From NCBI RefSeq assembly GCF_044704955.1, contig NC_091997.1:28272001-28336000 (forward strand): a stretch of DNA of 64,000 nucleotides, given 5' to 3'. The DNA comes from Pristiophorus japonicus (Eukaryota). Positions 36,501 through 48,500 of the stretch are shown piece by piece. Each line of letters opens with the position of its first letter. Within the stretch, counting starts at the first letter, position 1. The position numbers and the translations under genes are program-made. The notes under the pieces were generated by a model. It was given only the letters and a program-made list of their open reading frames with translations. It was not told where the DNA came from and ran no database searches.

Positions 36501-39500
36501 GTTTGCCATGAAGGAGTTCCGAGTAGAGCGTTTGCTTTGGGAGTCTCGTGTCTGGCATGCGAACGATGTGGTTTGCCCAGCGGAGCTGATCAAATGTGGT
36601 CAGTGTTTCAATGCTGGGGATGTTGGCCTGGTCGAGGACGCTAATGTTGGTGCGTCTGTCCTCCCAGGGAATAAATGGAATACAGGAACAGGAGTAGGCC
36701 ATTCAGCCCCTCGAACCTGTTCCGCCATTCAGTTAGATCATAGCTGATCTGTACTTCAAGTTTATTACCTGTCTTTGCTCCAATATCCCTCAATAACCTT
36801 AACCTTAAAATCTAGTTCATTTTTGAAATTTTCAATTGATCCAGCCTTAATAATTTTTTTTCATTTACACTAACCTTTGGGAAGGAGATCTTTCTGACAT
36901 CGCCCTTGAACGGCCTAACTCTGATTTTAAGGTTATGGCCCCTTGTTCTGGGCTCTCCCACCAGAGGAAATAGTTTCTCTCTCTATACCCTGTCAGCTCC
37001 ATTAGATTACTTCTTAATTTTGTATTCCCTTAAGTATAGAAGCCTAGTCCAATTAATCTATCATAATGTAACCTTTTTAGCTACGGTATCATTCTGCTGA
37101 ATTTACTCTGCACTGCACCAAGGCTAATATATCGTTCCTGATGTTCATTGCTCAGAACTGAATGCAGTTACTCCAGATGGGGTCCAGCTTTTTACAACTG
37201 TAGCATAATTTCTGCTCCTTTTATATTCCACCCCTCTTGAGATGGGGGCCAAAATTCTATTCCCCTTTTAAATGTTTTTGTACGTATCCAATAGCTTTGT
37301 GATTTATGTGATCGTGTCAGCTGTGGCTCAGTTGGTCGCACACTCGCCTCTTGAGTCGGAAGGTTGTGGGTTCAGGTCCTACTCCAGGGACTTGAGCACA
37401 AAAAAAATCTAGGCTGACATCTCCAGTGCAGTGCTGAGGGAGCGCTGCACTGTCGGAGGTGCTGCCTTTCGGACGAGATGTTAAACTGAGGCCCCATCTA
37501 CTCTCTCGGGTGGACGTAAAAGATCCCATGGCGCTATTTCGAAGAGGGAGTTATTCCCAGTGTCCCGGCCAATATTCATCCCTCAATCAACATAACAAAG
37601 AAACAGTTTATCAGGTCATTATCACATTGCTGTTTGTGGGAGTTTGCCGTGTGCAAATTGGCTGTTGCATTTCCCACATTACAACAGTGACTGCACTTCA
37701 AAAAGTACTTCATTGGCTGTAAAGCGCTTTGAGACGTCCGGTGGTCGTGAAAGGCGCTATATAAATGCATGTCTTTTTTTATGTTCATGGAGCCCTAAAG
37801 CTCTCTGTTCCTCCTTAGTTCCTACTTATCATTTTAAAAACCTTTTGCACAAATCTGTCAACTTTTTCCATTATAACTTCCAACGTGAACATTAATTACC
37901 CCACCCCCTTCCTCCAATAGAGGTACTGCAGTACCACCTGTGACAGGAGGGTGTTGTTATGGGGTGAACATTTACATGGTTATTTGGACGTATGAATTTA
38001 AATAATGGAAATATAAAGATAAAGATAGGATGTGTGACTTTAAAGTTGAGACGTAATTGCATTTCACACCCTGGTCCAATTATTCGCCTTCCACTTAAAG
38101 GACTACATGTGGTCTTGATTCCCTAAGTGCAATGCCACGGGTGATTAACTAATGTCTTGTGTATAGCAAGCACTTCCTGTACACATTACTCTTACTTCCT
38201 GTGTCATGATTTTTTAGCAACACTTTATACGTGAACATTTATTGGTAAAACCTGATGTCAACATTTTGTTGTCATGCTTCCATTAATAGCTGTCCTTATA
38301 GGCATACAGACATGGTGCTTTTCTGCCTACCCATCCATGTTTCCCATCTCCTCTACTTCTGGAACACTGATTATAAGTATATTCTGAAGCACCACACTCT
38401 TGGCTCGATCGTCTGGAGCAACTTTAGATGGCTGTACTTTTCCCGGCCAGAATTCCCTGGTCAATCTCGCCTGGAGACCACACTGCTGTATGTGACTGGG
38501 ATTGATTTTATGCACAACATTTGTATGTGACTATCCTCCACTCACTGCATTTTACTGGAGAAATCATGCAGGAGAAGTTGCTGCAGTTTCAGTCCAAAGT
38601 TCTCTGCCGCAGACCCTTTTTAAATACAGGTTGAACCTCTCTGGTTCGGCACCCTCGGGACCTGACCGGTGCCGAAACAGAGAATTTTCCGAACCACGGG
38701 AGGTCAGTGCTGGTAATCGCTGAGGGAGGGAGGAGAGGCGGGGCATGTTGGTGATTGGTCATTTCTCAGGTCTGACGCCCCTTTACTGTGCCATCAAGTT
38801 CCACAATGAGGAAGCAGAGAGAGATGCTGAGCGTTACGGGAGCGCTTACCAGTGAGCTCCAAGCCCAGGCCCAGGAAAGTGGCTGTTCCACCACCGATGC
38901 CGAACCACACATGTTTCTGGATCAGAGAGTCCCGGACCAGAGAGGTTCAACCTGTACACTCTGCAATAGACTGTTTGCTGAGTAGATAGGCATTGTTTGC
39001 TGAAAGTCCAGACCCGCCCCACCTCCAACCCATTGGCTGACACAATGTGTCAATAGACACTCCGACCTTAGACCCTGTTTTCCCTTCTAAATCCCCTGGC
39101 CCGCTTTAGGCACCGTTCTTGCTACAATAACATTTTGTTACTTCTAGAATTTCTTAGCCAAATGTTATGCTACTTAGCAAATTATTTACGTACTTGTAAA
39201 GATGATTTGTAATTTACAGTGTGTTTAATTCTTGTACAGGTTCAAATGTGCACAAAGCAGCGGTCTATGAAAGTATTCCATGAGCACCAACTTTCTCTAA
39301 GCAGCATCAAATGCCAGGAATTGGCGAATTACTACCTTGGTTTCAGCGGATGGTCCAGTCGCATAATTGCAGTAAGAAAAAAATAAGAATTCTGAACAAT
39401 GCCACATAACACGTCAGATTGCATTTAGAACAATTCATAACTCCGTATGTATTTAGAAAAAAATGCACTACATTTCTTTGCACACTGCGGAATTCCAACC

Positions 39501-42500
39501 AAGTGGGAAAAGTTCAGTCTGTTAGATGAGTTAGTAAGTGGCTAGCTGGGATAGAATATAAGTATATTGAAACTAACTAGGCAGTCCATTTTTGATATGT
39601 TATATGGTAAACTTCTACTGCAATACTTTACAAATCACATTGTTCCCCATGGCACCTTGCCCTCCTCACCTCCCTCCATTCATCACATCAATTACTGTCC
39701 ACACACCCCATTGATTGTCACACATGGTCTTGCGATCTTTGAGCAGAAGTCTCTGATCACTTCCTAATCTCTCCATCTCCCTACTACCTTATCCTCCTGC
39801 ATGTTTCAAATCCTTGCACTTTCATCTTGCACCTGGAAAAAAAAAAAGCTACCTTTTGATTTCCTTGCATGTCAACTTCATCCGTCCCTGGCCCACTACT
39901 TGGGATGACATTGACACCTTTTGCTGATTTTCATAACTGCCTCACCTCCTGTTTGATGCCCATGTCCTCCCTACCCAATCCTGGACAGTCTCCCATACCC
40001 ATTGCTTCTCCTTGTAAAAGTAATCTCCCTGATCTCGAATCCGAATGCCGAGTGAGATCGAGCATACCTGGTGAATATTCCAACTACAATTTATGCTCGA
40101 CTGTCCCCTCCTTTCCATGTTCAAGTCCTCTTACAATGTAAAGTCATCCTGGGGAACGAACCAACTTTAAATTTCTCTCTTCCACAATAAACTGTCTCCT
40201 TGGGTAATCTGTCACATAGCATCCGCCATCTAGACAACTCTGAAGAGCACCTTTATGTCCAGAGTTGGGGGCATTTGCTTGGTTGCCTGTTCCGCATCAT
40301 CCTTCCAGCCGCTCCCATCTCCCTCTCTGCTCTCCTCTACCCTTCTTCCCAACTATCACCCCATCTACAACTTCCTTTCTAAAGTCCTGGAATGCACTGT
40401 TGTTTCCAATTGCACTTCTATTATTCAACGCCCTCCAATCAGGCTTCCATCCTACCCAGCGCAGCAATTCCGTGCTGATTGAAGTCACCATGGCATCCAG
40501 TTTGACTGGTTGTGGCTTACTTTCTTTTTATCCTCCAATAACTCTCCACTGTACTTGATAGTACTAACCACACTTTTTTTTCAAAATTCTCCTCCACATT
40601 CCATTCCGTGGCAATGAGGTGGAAGGAGATTACAGAGATAGGGAGGGGCAAGGCCATGAAGGGATTTGTAAAGAAGAATGAGAATTTTGAAATTGAGGCG
40701 TTGCTTAACTGGGAGCCAATGTAGGCCAGCGAGCATAGGGTGATGGGTGAGCAGGACTTGGTGCGAGTTAAGACACAGGCAGCCAAGTTTTGGATCAGCT
40801 CTAGTTTACGTAAGTAGAATGTGGGAGGCCAGCCAGGAGTGAGTTGGAGTAGTCCAGTCTAGAGGTAACAAAGACATGGATGAGGGTTTCAGCAGCAGAA
40901 GAGCTGAGGCAGGGGTGGAGGCAGGCAATGTTAGAGGTGGAAAAAGGCAGTTTTAGTTATGTCACAGATATGTGGCTGGAAACTCATTTTGGGGTCAAAT
41001 ATGACGCCTAGGTTGCGAACAATCTGGTTTAGCCTCTGATAGATGCTCGGGAGAGGGATGGAGTCGGTGGTTAGGGAACGCGGTTTGTGGCGGGGACCAA
41101 AGACAATGGCTTCGGTCTTCCCAATATTTAATTGGAGAAAATTTCTGCTCATCCAGTACTGGATGTCGGACAAGCAGTCTGACAATTTAGAGACCCTGGA
41201 GGGGTCGAGAGAAGTGGTGGTGAGGTAGAGCTGGGTGTCATCAGCGTACATATGGAAACGGACTCCGTGTTTTTGGATGATATCATTAAGGGGCAGCATG
41301 TAGATGAGAAATAGGAGGAGGCCAAGGATAGATCCTTGGGGGACACTAGAGGCAACAATGCGGGAGTGGGAAGAGAGGTCACTGCAGGAGATTTTCTGGC
41401 TACGATTAGATAGATAATAGAACCAAGCGAGTGCAGTCCCACCCAGCTGGACGATGGTGGAGAGATGGATGGAGTGGTCAACTGTGTTAAAGGCTGAAGG
41501 CAGGTCCAGGAGGACGAGGAGGAGTAGTTTACCTTTGTCACAGTCACAAAGGATGTCATTTGTGTCTGATGAGAGCTGTCCCGGTACTGTGGCAGGGGCG
41601 AAAATCAAATTGAAGGGATTTAAACTTTGAATTCAGGGAAAAATGGTCACGGATTTGGGAGGCGACAACACACACAAGAACTTTGGACAGGAAAGGGAGG
41701 TTAGAGATGGGGCGGTAGCTAGCAAGCAGAGTGGGATCAAGGGTTGTTTTTTTGGGTAGGTGGGTGATGACCACAGACTTGAAGGAGAGGGGAACATTAC
41801 CTGAGGAGAGAGAACTGTTAACAATGTCGGCTAACATGGGAGCCAAAAAAGGAAGTTGGCTGGCCAGCAGTTTAGTGGGAATAGAATTTCAATTTGACAG
41901 AACCAAAGGCGACATGAGGAAAAGCTTTTTTATGTAGCGAGTGGTTAGGATCTGGAATGCATTGCTTGAATGGGTGATGGAGGCAGACTCAATTAAGTCT
42001 TTCAAAAGGGGGAATTGGATAAGTACTTGAAGGAAAAAAAATTGCTACGGTGAAAGGGCGAGGCAGTGGGACTAGTTGAAGTGCTTTTGCAGAGAGCTGG
42101 CTCGGGCTCGACGGGTCGTACGGCCTCCTTCCGTGCTGTCAGCATTCTATGATTCAGTGATCACTCCTGCTTCCATTCTTTCCCATTGCATCATTGACAT
42201 TACATTGCCTGGATTGGCATTTCCTGTCGTGATGGTATGGTCACCTGTGATGTGCCACAGGAGCTCTGTCTTGGTGGTCCCTCTGCTTCATTGTTTACAT
42301 GCTACCTTTTGCTCACATTCAGAAGAATGAGGTCCGTTTCCACATGTTGACAGCATTCAATTCTACACCAAATTTCCTCCAGTGGACCCCATGGCTGTTC
42401 CAACAGAGTTCATCTGCCTCGTCAGCAGTAAGATCTGAATGATTTGTCGTTTCCTCCGGTTTAAAATTGGAAAAGACCAGAGCCATCCTTTTCAGCTGCA

Positions 42501-45500
42501 ACGACCACCTACACTCACCAGTTACTACCTCTGGTTCAGCCCAGAGGTACGGAACCTTTGCATAGTGCTCATCCCTCAGCTCCGTTTCTCTGCTACCCCT
42601 CCCCCTTTACAATCAGTCACTGGGATTACTTTCTTTCATGTTTGGAATGTCTGTTTCTGCTCCTGAAAACCGTTATCTCCTCAAGGCTAGATTTCTCTTG
42701 CTGTTCTTCCTGTCTCCATTCTCAATAAACTACAAGCCATCCAGAATGCTGTAGCTTATGTCCTCACCCGGACCCGGACTGTGCTGTATAGCATTATCCG
42801 ATCCTTGCTCGACTCCACTGGCTCTCTGTGACCCACAGCATCAACTTCAAGATCTCAACCTCACTTTAAATCTCCCCGAGGTCTTGCCCCTCCCTATTTT
42901 CACAATCTCCTCCAACCATTATTCCATGTGTTCGTTCTGCTCCTCCGACACCAGGTTATTGCCCTACTCCCTCCACCATCGTCAGCTACTCCTTCGGTCA
43001 CTATGCCTTACCATCTGGAATTTCCTCCTTTGGTGTATTTGCTTTTCTACTGCTCTCCCCGCCGCGCCCCCCCCCCTGCCTTAAACCTCTTAAAGACCCT
43101 CTTCCACCCTGCCCCAACACCCCTCACTTTCTCCTGCTCAGTACCAAATCATTATTCATTAGCGTAAAATACTTGAACAGTTCTCTTATATGTGAGGTGC
43201 TTTTCACAAATGTAAGCTGTCATCTTGCAGTACCTTAGTTTGCTTATAATGTAGCTACTATTCGCATGAATGGTAACCTGTCACTAGATTAGACAGAAAC
43301 TGTGCGCATCAGCTGATGTCGCCGAATGAGGAACTACTTGTACAGCTGCAATCAGTTGAAGTAAACAAGGTCCGAATTAAGGATTTTGAGTAAGAGATAG
43401 AAAAAGGGGCTTTCACCCTTGCATCCCTCATGAGAGCAATCAGCAGCTATTTTTCCTCAACCACCAGCGTAACATGAAGTACAAAAGTTGCAACATAAGA
43501 ATTAGGAGCGGGAATAGGCCATTCGGCCCCTCGAGCCTGCTCCACCATTCAATGAGATCATGGCTGATCATCTATCTCAACTCCACTTGCCTGCACTATT
43601 CCCATATCCCTTGATTCCCTTAATATCTCTCTGTCTTGAATATACTCAAAGACTGAGCCTCCACAGCCCTCTGGGTTAGAGAATGCCAAAGATTCACCAC
43701 CCTCTGAGTGAAGAAGTTTCTCCTCATCTCAGTCCTAAATGGTCGACCCCTTATTCTGAGACTGTGACCCCTGGTTCTAGACTCCCCAGCCAGAGGAAAC
43801 ATCATCTCCGCATCTACCTTGTCAAGCCCTGTAAGAATTTTGTATGTTTCAATGAGATCACCTCTCATTCTTCTAAACTCTAGAGAATATAGGCCGAGTC
43901 TCAATCTCTCCTCATAGGACAATCCCTCCCATCCCAGAAATCAGTCTGGTGAACCTTTGTTGCACTCCCTTTATGGCAAGTATATCTGTCCTTCCTTGGG
44001 TAAGGAGATCAAAACTGTACACAATACTCCAGGTGTGATCTCATCAAGGCCCTATATAATTGCAGTAAGACGTCTTTACTCTTATACTCAAATCCTCTTG
44101 TAATAAAGGACAACATTCCATTTGCATCGATGAAACATCGATGGAAGAAAATGGTCCCAGTTAGTGCCTTCGGGAAAGGCTTTTCAAAATGTTTTTTTAA
44201 TTATTTTTTTTTTTAAAGAGTAAAAATGCTGTAAATAGCATTATAGTAAAAACCCATTATAGTTTTGATATGGAGATTGCTCAAACTGTCCCAAAATGTG
44301 TACAGCATGTGCTTTCACTCCATGTTTGAGGAATACAAGGTAAGCATCTGGTGCTGTATTTATTTATAAAAGTTATCGCGCACCAATTCCTGTCTAAATT
44401 GTTGTATGTGCTGAGGGACATGTTTGTGTTCTAGTTTTCAATTCACTGTCTTCATTCACTGTTTTTAATATACAGCTCCAGAATATTTTTGATTCAGATG
44501 GATGTGAAGAAAATCCACGGGAAATGATTCAGCCAGAGAAAAAGAACATAAAATACCTTTGCATTATGGAAGTTAAATTCATAAATTGCGGCATGTGTAG
44601 CAGAGGTATTGGGGTTTCTGAGGAATTTGACCAAGATGCAACAGGTAAGAAGTAAACTGGAGCTTTGAATGAGAAATATTTGTTATCTTGTTCCTTATAA
44701 TCCTCTAAATGCTTCAGATTAATTGCTTTTAATGTAGGCAAATGCTGCAGCCAAGATATTACAAACTGCAATTAATCTGTTTTTTGATGGTGTTGGTTGA
44801 GGGAGGAATATTGGTCAGTACAGCAAGAGAACTTCCTGCTCCATCAACAACTTCAGCAATGCAGCACTGCCTCAGTGCCCTACAGGAGTGTCTGCCTTAA
44901 ATTCAGACTCCGGACTAAAGTCTGAACTCGTAATATCCTGACTTGGAGCCAAGAATATAAGGAATAGGAGCTGGAGTAGGCCATACTGCCCGTCGAGCCT
45001 GCTCCGCCATTCAATAAGATCATGGCAGCTCCACTTTCCTGCTCGATCTCCATATTTCTTGATTCCCGGAGACTCCAAAAATTGATCGCTCTCAGCCTTA
45101 AATATACTCAGCGACTCCGGATCCACAGCCCTCTGGGGCAGAGAATTCCACAGATTCACAAGTGAAGAAATTCCTCCTCATTTCAGTTTTAAATGGCAGA
45201 CCCCTTATCCTGAGATGATGCCCCATAGTTCGAGACTCTCCAGCCAGGGGAAATCGGCTTGCCAGCAAAGTTGAAGCCCATGGAATAAAAGGGACAGTGG
45301 CAGCATGGATACGAAGTTGGCCAAGTGACAGGAAACAGATCGTTGTGACCGGTTGTTTTTCGGGCTGGAGGAAGGTTTACTGAGGTGTTCCCCATGGGTA
45401 CTAGGACCACTGCTTTTCTTGATGTATATTAATGACTTGGGTGTACAGGGTAGAATTTCAAAATTTGCAGATGACACAAAACTTAGAAGTATAGTGAACG

Positions 45501-48500
45501 GTGAGGAGGAGAGGGATAGACTTTAAGAGGACATAGACAGGCTGGTGGAATGGGTGGGCACGTGGCAGATGAAATTTAACGCAGGAAAATGTGAAGTGAT
45601 ACATTTTAGTCGGAAGAACGAGTTGAGGCAATATAAACTAAAAGATACAATTCTAAAGGGGGAGCATGAACAGAGAGACCTGGGGATATATGGGCACAAA
45701 TCGCTGAAGGTGGCAGGGCAGGTTGAGAAAGCGGTTAAAAAAGCTTACGGGATCCTGGGTTTCATAAATGGAGGCACAGAGTACAAAAACAAGGAAGTTA
45801 TGATGAACCTTTATAGAACACTGGTTCGGCCTCAACTGGAGTATTGTGTCCAATTCTGGGCACCGCACTTTAGGAAGGATGTGAAGGCCCGAGAGAGGGT
45901 GCAGAAAAGATTTACGAGAATGGTTCCAGGGATGAGAGTCTTCAGTTACGTGAATAGACTGGAGAAACTGGGGTTGTTCTCCGTGGAGCAGAGAAGGTTG
46001 AGAGGAGATTTGATCAAGGTATTCAAAATCATGAGGGATCTGGACAGAGTAGATAGAGAGAAACTGTTCCTATTGGTGGAAGGGTCGAGAACCAGAAGAC
46101 ACGGATTTAAGGCGATCGGCAAAAGAACCAAAGGTGACACGAGGGAAAACATTTTTAGGCAGCGAGTGGTTAGGATCTGGAATGCGCTGCCTGAAAGGGT
46201 GGTGGAGGCAGACTTAATCTTATCTTTCAAAAGGGAGATGGATAAGTACCTGAAGGGAAAAAATTTGCGGGGCTACGGGGAAAGGGTGGAGGAGTGGGAC
46301 TGGCTGAGGTGCTCTTGCAGAGAGCCGGCACGGGCTCGATGGGCCGAGTGGCCTCCTTCTGTGCTGTAACCGTTCTATGATTCTATGAAACAACCTCTCA
46401 GCATCTACCCTGTCCATCCCCCTCAGAATCTTACGTTTCAATGAGGTCACCTCTCCTTCTAAACTTGAGAGAGTATAGGCCCAGTCTACTGAATCTCTCC
46501 TCATAGGACAACTATAGGAAATGAGTGCTACTAACCGAGGCAAATTGGCACCTCCATTGATACAATTGATATTCAGAAAAACACAAACATTGTTTGCAAC
46601 TTGTCATTGAATACAAATCCTTTATATAACACTTGGGCACTTAATGTAACTATTATAGGGCCCAATTTTGGCCATGACTTGCTTCAATTTTTTTGGAGTA
46701 AGTTGGCTTTCCTGGCGTAAGTTTAAAAAAAACGCCATTTTCCCCAATAAATTTGCTCCAGAGTAACTCAATTAGGTACGATTTTTTTTAGTTGAGTTTT
46801 TTTTTCAAAAAGGGGGCGTTCCCAGCCATTTATGTCACTTTGGCCAGATAAAACTTGCTCCAAATCGACTTAGGTCAGCGTATGTGGCCAGCTCTGAAAA
46901 ACATTGCGGGCAGTTAAGAATTCGGCGCAGGTTAGTACATTTAAAGCAGCATAGTCCCGAGCTGCACACCATTTATTCTGATCTATCTTTCTTGGGTCCA
47001 AGGTGGATAATCTCAGCCCGGGGAAACAACCTTTCAACATCTATTAAATCAACTTAGCTTATAGTTTATTAACTCATTACTTGATCTATTTTAAGTTATA
47101 GGTAGATTATATGAAATATTTAAATATGTAACATGAACCACTACAAGTATTGAAGCCAAAAACAGAACTTCCTTCCCCTCTCTGCACCGAATTCCCACTT
47201 GCCACATTCCCAACTTTTGCACTCCGTTTCTGACAACTCTGAGCGACCCTGAATAAATACTGCAGAATATTCCCCATTCACCAGGCGAACATCGGGTGTC
47301 CCTTCGGCCAGGGATAGGGGCTGCGAGCATCGGGTTCTGCTCACAGCCTGCAGGACATGCTGGGAGGGCGAGGAGCATGCGCACAGACTGCACTGCGCAA
47401 GTGGACAGCTACCGGCAGTGTTTTCTGCGCTGGGCTGTTGCTCCGCCCCCCCACTGTACTATGTTCGGCCCATTCAGGGTAAGTGCGCCGAAAAAAGGGG
47501 TTGGAGAAAATTGGGCCCATAGTATGTAAATAAAGTATATAACCAATATGGACTCCATTTGATACCAGAAAATGTAGCAACACAGTGGTCAGCCAGTATC
47601 TGCTGAGAGAACAGACAAGTTAAATGTTTTAGACATAGTCATTCGCAAATGAACAAAAAAAACTAGAAAGGAACAAGCATTTTAATAGAATCAGAACAAA
47701 TGGGAGGGGAAAAAAAACAGAAAAGTATCTGGAATGACCTGTCATCTGTTTAAAGGAAAAACAGGAGAGTGTTGGATGGCTGAGATATTTACATCGGCCA
47801 ATCGAAAGAGGCGTTAAAGAAATCAGAGAAACAAAGAGTATTCCAATTCTGGGCACCATGCAATAGGAAGGCTGCGAAGGCCTTGGCCAGATCGCAGAGG
47901 AGATTTACTAATATGGTACCAGAGATGAGGAACTTCAATAGACTGGAGAAGCTGGCATTGTTCTGTTTGGAGCAGATGGGGAGATTTAATAAATGTGTTC
48001 CAAATTATGAAGGGTTTTGATAGCGCAGATGGGGAGAAACTGTTTCCACTGGTAGGAGTGTTGATAACCAGAGGATGCAGATTTAGATAATTGGCAAAGG
48101 AGCTAAAGGGGAAGAGGAGGAAAAATAATTTTATGCAGCAAGTTATTGTGATCTAGAATGCACTTCCTGAAAAGATGGTGGTAGCAGATTCAACAGTAAC
48201 TTTCAAGAAGGAACTGGATATATACAGGTTGATCCTCCCTTATCCAGAACTCCCTTATCCGGAACCACCCCTCGTCCAGATCCATTCCCGGCCACCGGAT
48301 GGCGCATGCGCAGAACTCCGATATGAACAAATTGAAGTCCTTCCTCGCTGCCGACCCCCGCAATCGCTGTCCTGACCCCGCGATCTCCCCCCCCCCCCCC
48401 CCCCCAATGATCTCTCTGCCGCATTCCCAGCCCCAAGCCAGCCTGCCTCGATATCCCCTTGCTCAGTACCTGTACCATCCAATTTAATGTGACCACCCCT